A DNA stretch of 40,614 bases from Candidatus Dojkabacteria bacterium (lineage in GTDB: Bacteria; Patescibacteriota; Dojkabacteria; SC72), in the NCBI GenBank assembly GCA_050943415.1, contig JBMNPD010000005.1, positions 1 through 40,614 of the forward strand, read 5' to 3'. This document shows positions 38,467 through 40,614 of the stretch, piece after piece. The notes beneath the pieces were generated by a model that was not told the origin of the DNA, did no database searches, and saw nothing but the letters and a program-made list of their open reading frames with translations. The translations under genes and the position numbers were made by a program. Position 1 is the stretch's first letter. Every line of letters starts with the position of its first letter.

Positions 38467-38504
38467 GGAGAATCAAAAACATAAAAATTAATCCTTTGTT
38501 GTTC

Positions 38505-38548
38505 AGAGGAACTTCTCTACATTTTTGTTTTTTGTAAGAAGTTCCTCT
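38505..38548 (+). terminator. 3' hairpin of cassette 4 (no U-tract)
   Basis: AGAGGAACTTCT/AGAAGTTCCTCT plus an inner TACA/TGTA stem. Confidence 0.5.
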
Positions 38549-38602
38549 TGACCATTCACTTGGTATATACAAAACCCCCTTTCTAGCATAGAATAATAGA
38601 AT

Positions 38603-39097
38603 ATGAGAATACTAGGATTAGACCCAGGAGTAGCTACAACAGGATGGGCAGTAGTTGATTTTGATCAACATTCATCTCCACATATAATAGATTACGGTTG
38701 TATACTAACAGAGAAGGGCTTAACACTCTCCCAAAGATTGAAAGAAATATACTGTGATATTAAAGAAATTATCAATACACATAAACCAGAATATGCAGGT
38801 ATTGAAACCCTCATATTCTGTAACAACGCTAAAACAGCAATAGCAGTAGGAGAGGCTAGGGGAGTTCTTCTTCTTGCATTAGAAGAAGAAAACATTCCCA
38901 TTCGAGAATTCACTCCACTACAAGTAAAAAACTCCATAGCAGGATATGGAAAAGCAGGTAAAAAACAAGTCCAAGAAAATGTAAAACTACTCTACGGATT
39001 AGATGAAATACCAAAACCTGATGATGCAGCAGATGCACTAGCCATAGCTATGGCTGCAGAGGTGGTTATTTCTAGAGAACAAATAAATCCTGTATAA
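38603..39097 (+). CDS. ruvC: Holliday junction resolvase RuvC
   Basis: ILGLDPG, GEARGV, TPLQVK, DDAADALA. Confidence 0.97.
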   Translation: MRILGLDPGVATTGWAVVDFDQHSSPHIIDYGCILTEKGLTLSQRLKEIYCDIKEIINTHKPEYAGIETLIFCNNAKTAIAVGEARGVLLLALEEENIPIREFTPLQVKNSIAGYGKAGKKQVQENVKLLYGLDEIPKPDDAADALAIAMAAEVVISREQINPV

Positions 39098-39104
39098 TAT
39101 ACAT

Positions 39105-39686
39105 ATGATTACATACATAACTGGAAAAATTCTAAAAACAAACATAGCTAAAGATTCATATGTAGATCTAATAACAACATCAGGCGTAGGATACAGAGTA
39201 AACATTCCCAATTCATACATATGTCCAGAATCAGGAACAGAATACTCTCTGTATACATATTTACATGTTCGAGAAGACTCTCAAACCTTGTACGGATTTG
39301 AAAAAGAAGACGAAAGAGACTTCTTCATTGAACTAATATCAGTATCAGGAGTGGGGCCTAAAATTGCTTTAGCTGTACTTTCGAATTTCTCTAGAAGAGA
39401 GTTAGAAGAACTCATTAACGATGGAGATGCTAGAGCATTAAGTAAAGTACCAGGTTTAGGATTAAAGAAAGCACAGAAGATCATACTAGAGTTAAGAGGC
39501 AAGATAGATCTAAATATTACTGATAGAAAGGGAGGTTCCATAATAAAGGAATTAAAAGATGCTCTAAAGACTCTTGGTTTTGTTGGTGATTCATTGAAAG
39601 AGAAAGTTACTTTAGCTGAAAATATCCTAGAGGTTAATGATGATATTCAAATAGAGGATTTAATAAAGAGAGTATTAAGTGAATAA
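39105..39686 (+). CDS. ruvA: Holliday junction branch migration protein RuvA
   Basis: GVGYRV, HVREDSQTLYGF, VSGVGPKIA, VPGLGLKKA. Confidence 0.96.
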   Translation: MITYITGKILKTNIAKDSYVDLITTSGVGYRVNIPNSYICPESGTEYSLYTYLHVREDSQTLYGFEKEDERDFFIELISVSGVGPKIALAVLSNFSRRELEELINDGDARALSKVPGLGLKKAQKIILELRGKIDLNITDRKGGSIIKELKDALKTLGFVGDSLKEKVTLAENILEVNDDIQIEDLIKRVLSE

Positions 39687-40614
39687 TGATTTCTTCAAGT
39701 AAAGATAAACAAAAGAATAATCAGAATAAAGAGCAGGTTGAAAGTTCTGTTAAGAAGTCTACCTTGTATGAGGAGAAAATTAGGCCTTCAAAGTTAGATG
39801 AGATAATAGGTAGAAATTTGGAGAAGGAAACACTAAAGATGATGATTAATTCTGCTAAACGCAGAAAGGAGGTCATTGATCATATACTTTTCTACGGTCC
39901 CCCCGGTTTAGGAAAGACAACATTTGCAATGGCCATAGCAAATGAAGTCGGTGCATCTGTTAAGATTACATCTGGTCCTGCCATTGAGAGACAGGGTGAT
40001 CTAGCTGCGATATTAACAGGGCTTAAACCACATGACATACTATTCATAGATGAGATACATAGATTACCTAAAGTAATAGAGGAGGTTTTGTATCCGGCTA
40101 TGGAGGACAGAGTGCTTGATATTGTAATGGGCAAAGGGCCTTCTGCTAAGACAATTAGACTATCATTAGAACCATTTACGCTAATAGGGGCAACTACTCA
40201 GATTGGGAAGATTAGTTCTCCTATGAGAGATAGGTTTGGTTTAATACAGAGGCTTGATTTCTTCACAGAAGAAGATTTAGCATCCATACTCTCTAGAGCT
40301 TGTAGATTGTGGAATATCCAGATAGATGATGATGCTCTTGCAATTCTCTCTGGTTGTTCTAGAGGAACAGCTAGGGTAGGGCTAAGGCTTTTAAGAAGGA
40401 GTAGAGATTACGCAGAGAGTAAAGGTAAGAATCATATTGACAAAGATATTGTTAACAAAACAATTAAGATGTTAGGTGTAGACAAGTATGGTTTAGAAAG
40501 GATAGATAGGGAGTTACTGCTCTCGCTGTTACATAACTTCGCAGGAGGTCCAATTGGTCTTTCTACTCTTGCAGCATCTGTTTCAGAAGATGAAGTAACT
40601 GTAACAGATGTAAA
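39686..40614 (+). CDS. ruvB: Holliday junction ATPase RuvB (runs off window end)
   Basis: Manual translation from ATG 39686 gives IRPSKLDEIIG, YGPPGLGKTT, FIDEIHRL, MRDRFG. Absent from the ORF track because there is no stop codon in the window. Confidence 0.96.
   Translation, partial: MISSSKDKQKNNQNKEQVESSVKKSTLYEEKIRPSKLDEIIGRNLEKETLKMMINSAKRRKEVIDHILFYGPPGLGKTTFAMAIANEVGASVKITSGPAIERQGDLAAILTGLKPHDILFIDEIHRLPKVIEEVLYPAMEDRVLDIVMGKGPSAKTIRLSLEPFTLIGATTQIGKISSPMRDRFGLIQRLDFFTEEDLASILSRACRLWNIQIDDDALAILSGCSRGTARVGLRLLRRSRDYAESKGKNHIDKDIVNKTIKMLGVDKYGLERIDRELLLSLLHNFAGGPIGLSTLAASVSEDEVTVTDV

Larger units (their letters stand above)
35648..38548 (+). other. Array of four expression cassettes with a shared structured non-coding scaffold and variable ORFs
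   Basis: Units at about 35648-36190, 36247-36788, 36813-37417 and 37522-38548. Each has CCTAT(A/G)G..TATAAT, TATCTTAG, ACAACAAAGG, an SD, ORF(s), ATCCTT(T)GTT and a 3' hairpin. Confidence 0.9.

Noticed and set aside
35648-38548. Integron cassette array (attC sites)
   Set aside because: No intI nearby. Intergenic regions run GTT...AAC rather than RYYYAAC...GTTRRRY, and every unit has its own promoter and 3' hairpin.
38603-39500. Apparent shift to A/C-richer composition in ruvC-ruvA, suggesting an old inversion
   Set aside because: Visual impression only; it needs a GC-skew or codon-usage computation I cannot run.
895-40134. Many short antisense or alternate-frame ORFs inside recognised genes
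   Set aside because: They are nested in well-supported CDSs, have Ser/Ile/Phe-rich shadow composition and show no motifs.

Overview
AT-rich bacterial chromosomal segment. The gene content (archaeal-type AMP phosphorylase plus ribose-1,5-bisphosphate isomerase, RNase HIII, a WxL-like surface cluster, a stand-alone VirD4/TraD-like ATPase and many apparently leaderless genes) suggests a CPR/Patescibacteria organism, possibly Dojkabacteria (inference). Most of the window is housekeeping: mfd, dnaX-ybaB-recR-cysS-rnhC, CCA-adding enzyme, ychF, rluD-like, yebC, ruvC-ruvA-ruvB, tRNA-Ser(TGA) and tRNA-Leu(CAA). The window opens inside a probable IS30 element. The most striking feature is an array of about 2.9 kb (35648-38548) between yebC and ruvC. 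It has four self-contained expression cassettes with a shared non-coding scaffold: sigma70-type promoter, 5' hairpin with a TATCTTAG loop, an AACAAAGG(A/G)T arm, an optional anti-SD/long-hairpin module, a strong AAGGAG Shine-Dalgarno, variable small ORF(s), the complementary ATCCTT(T)GTT arm, and a 3' hairpin. The first cassette is bracketed by a duplicated 3' end of yebC. No recombinase or reverse transcriptase is encoded in the window. Secondary oddities are three evenly spaced 22-bp AGGT-N3-ACCT dimer palindromes near tRNA-Ser, and an orphan CdiA/MuF-type nuclease gene facing a promoter-driven small structured RNA candidate.
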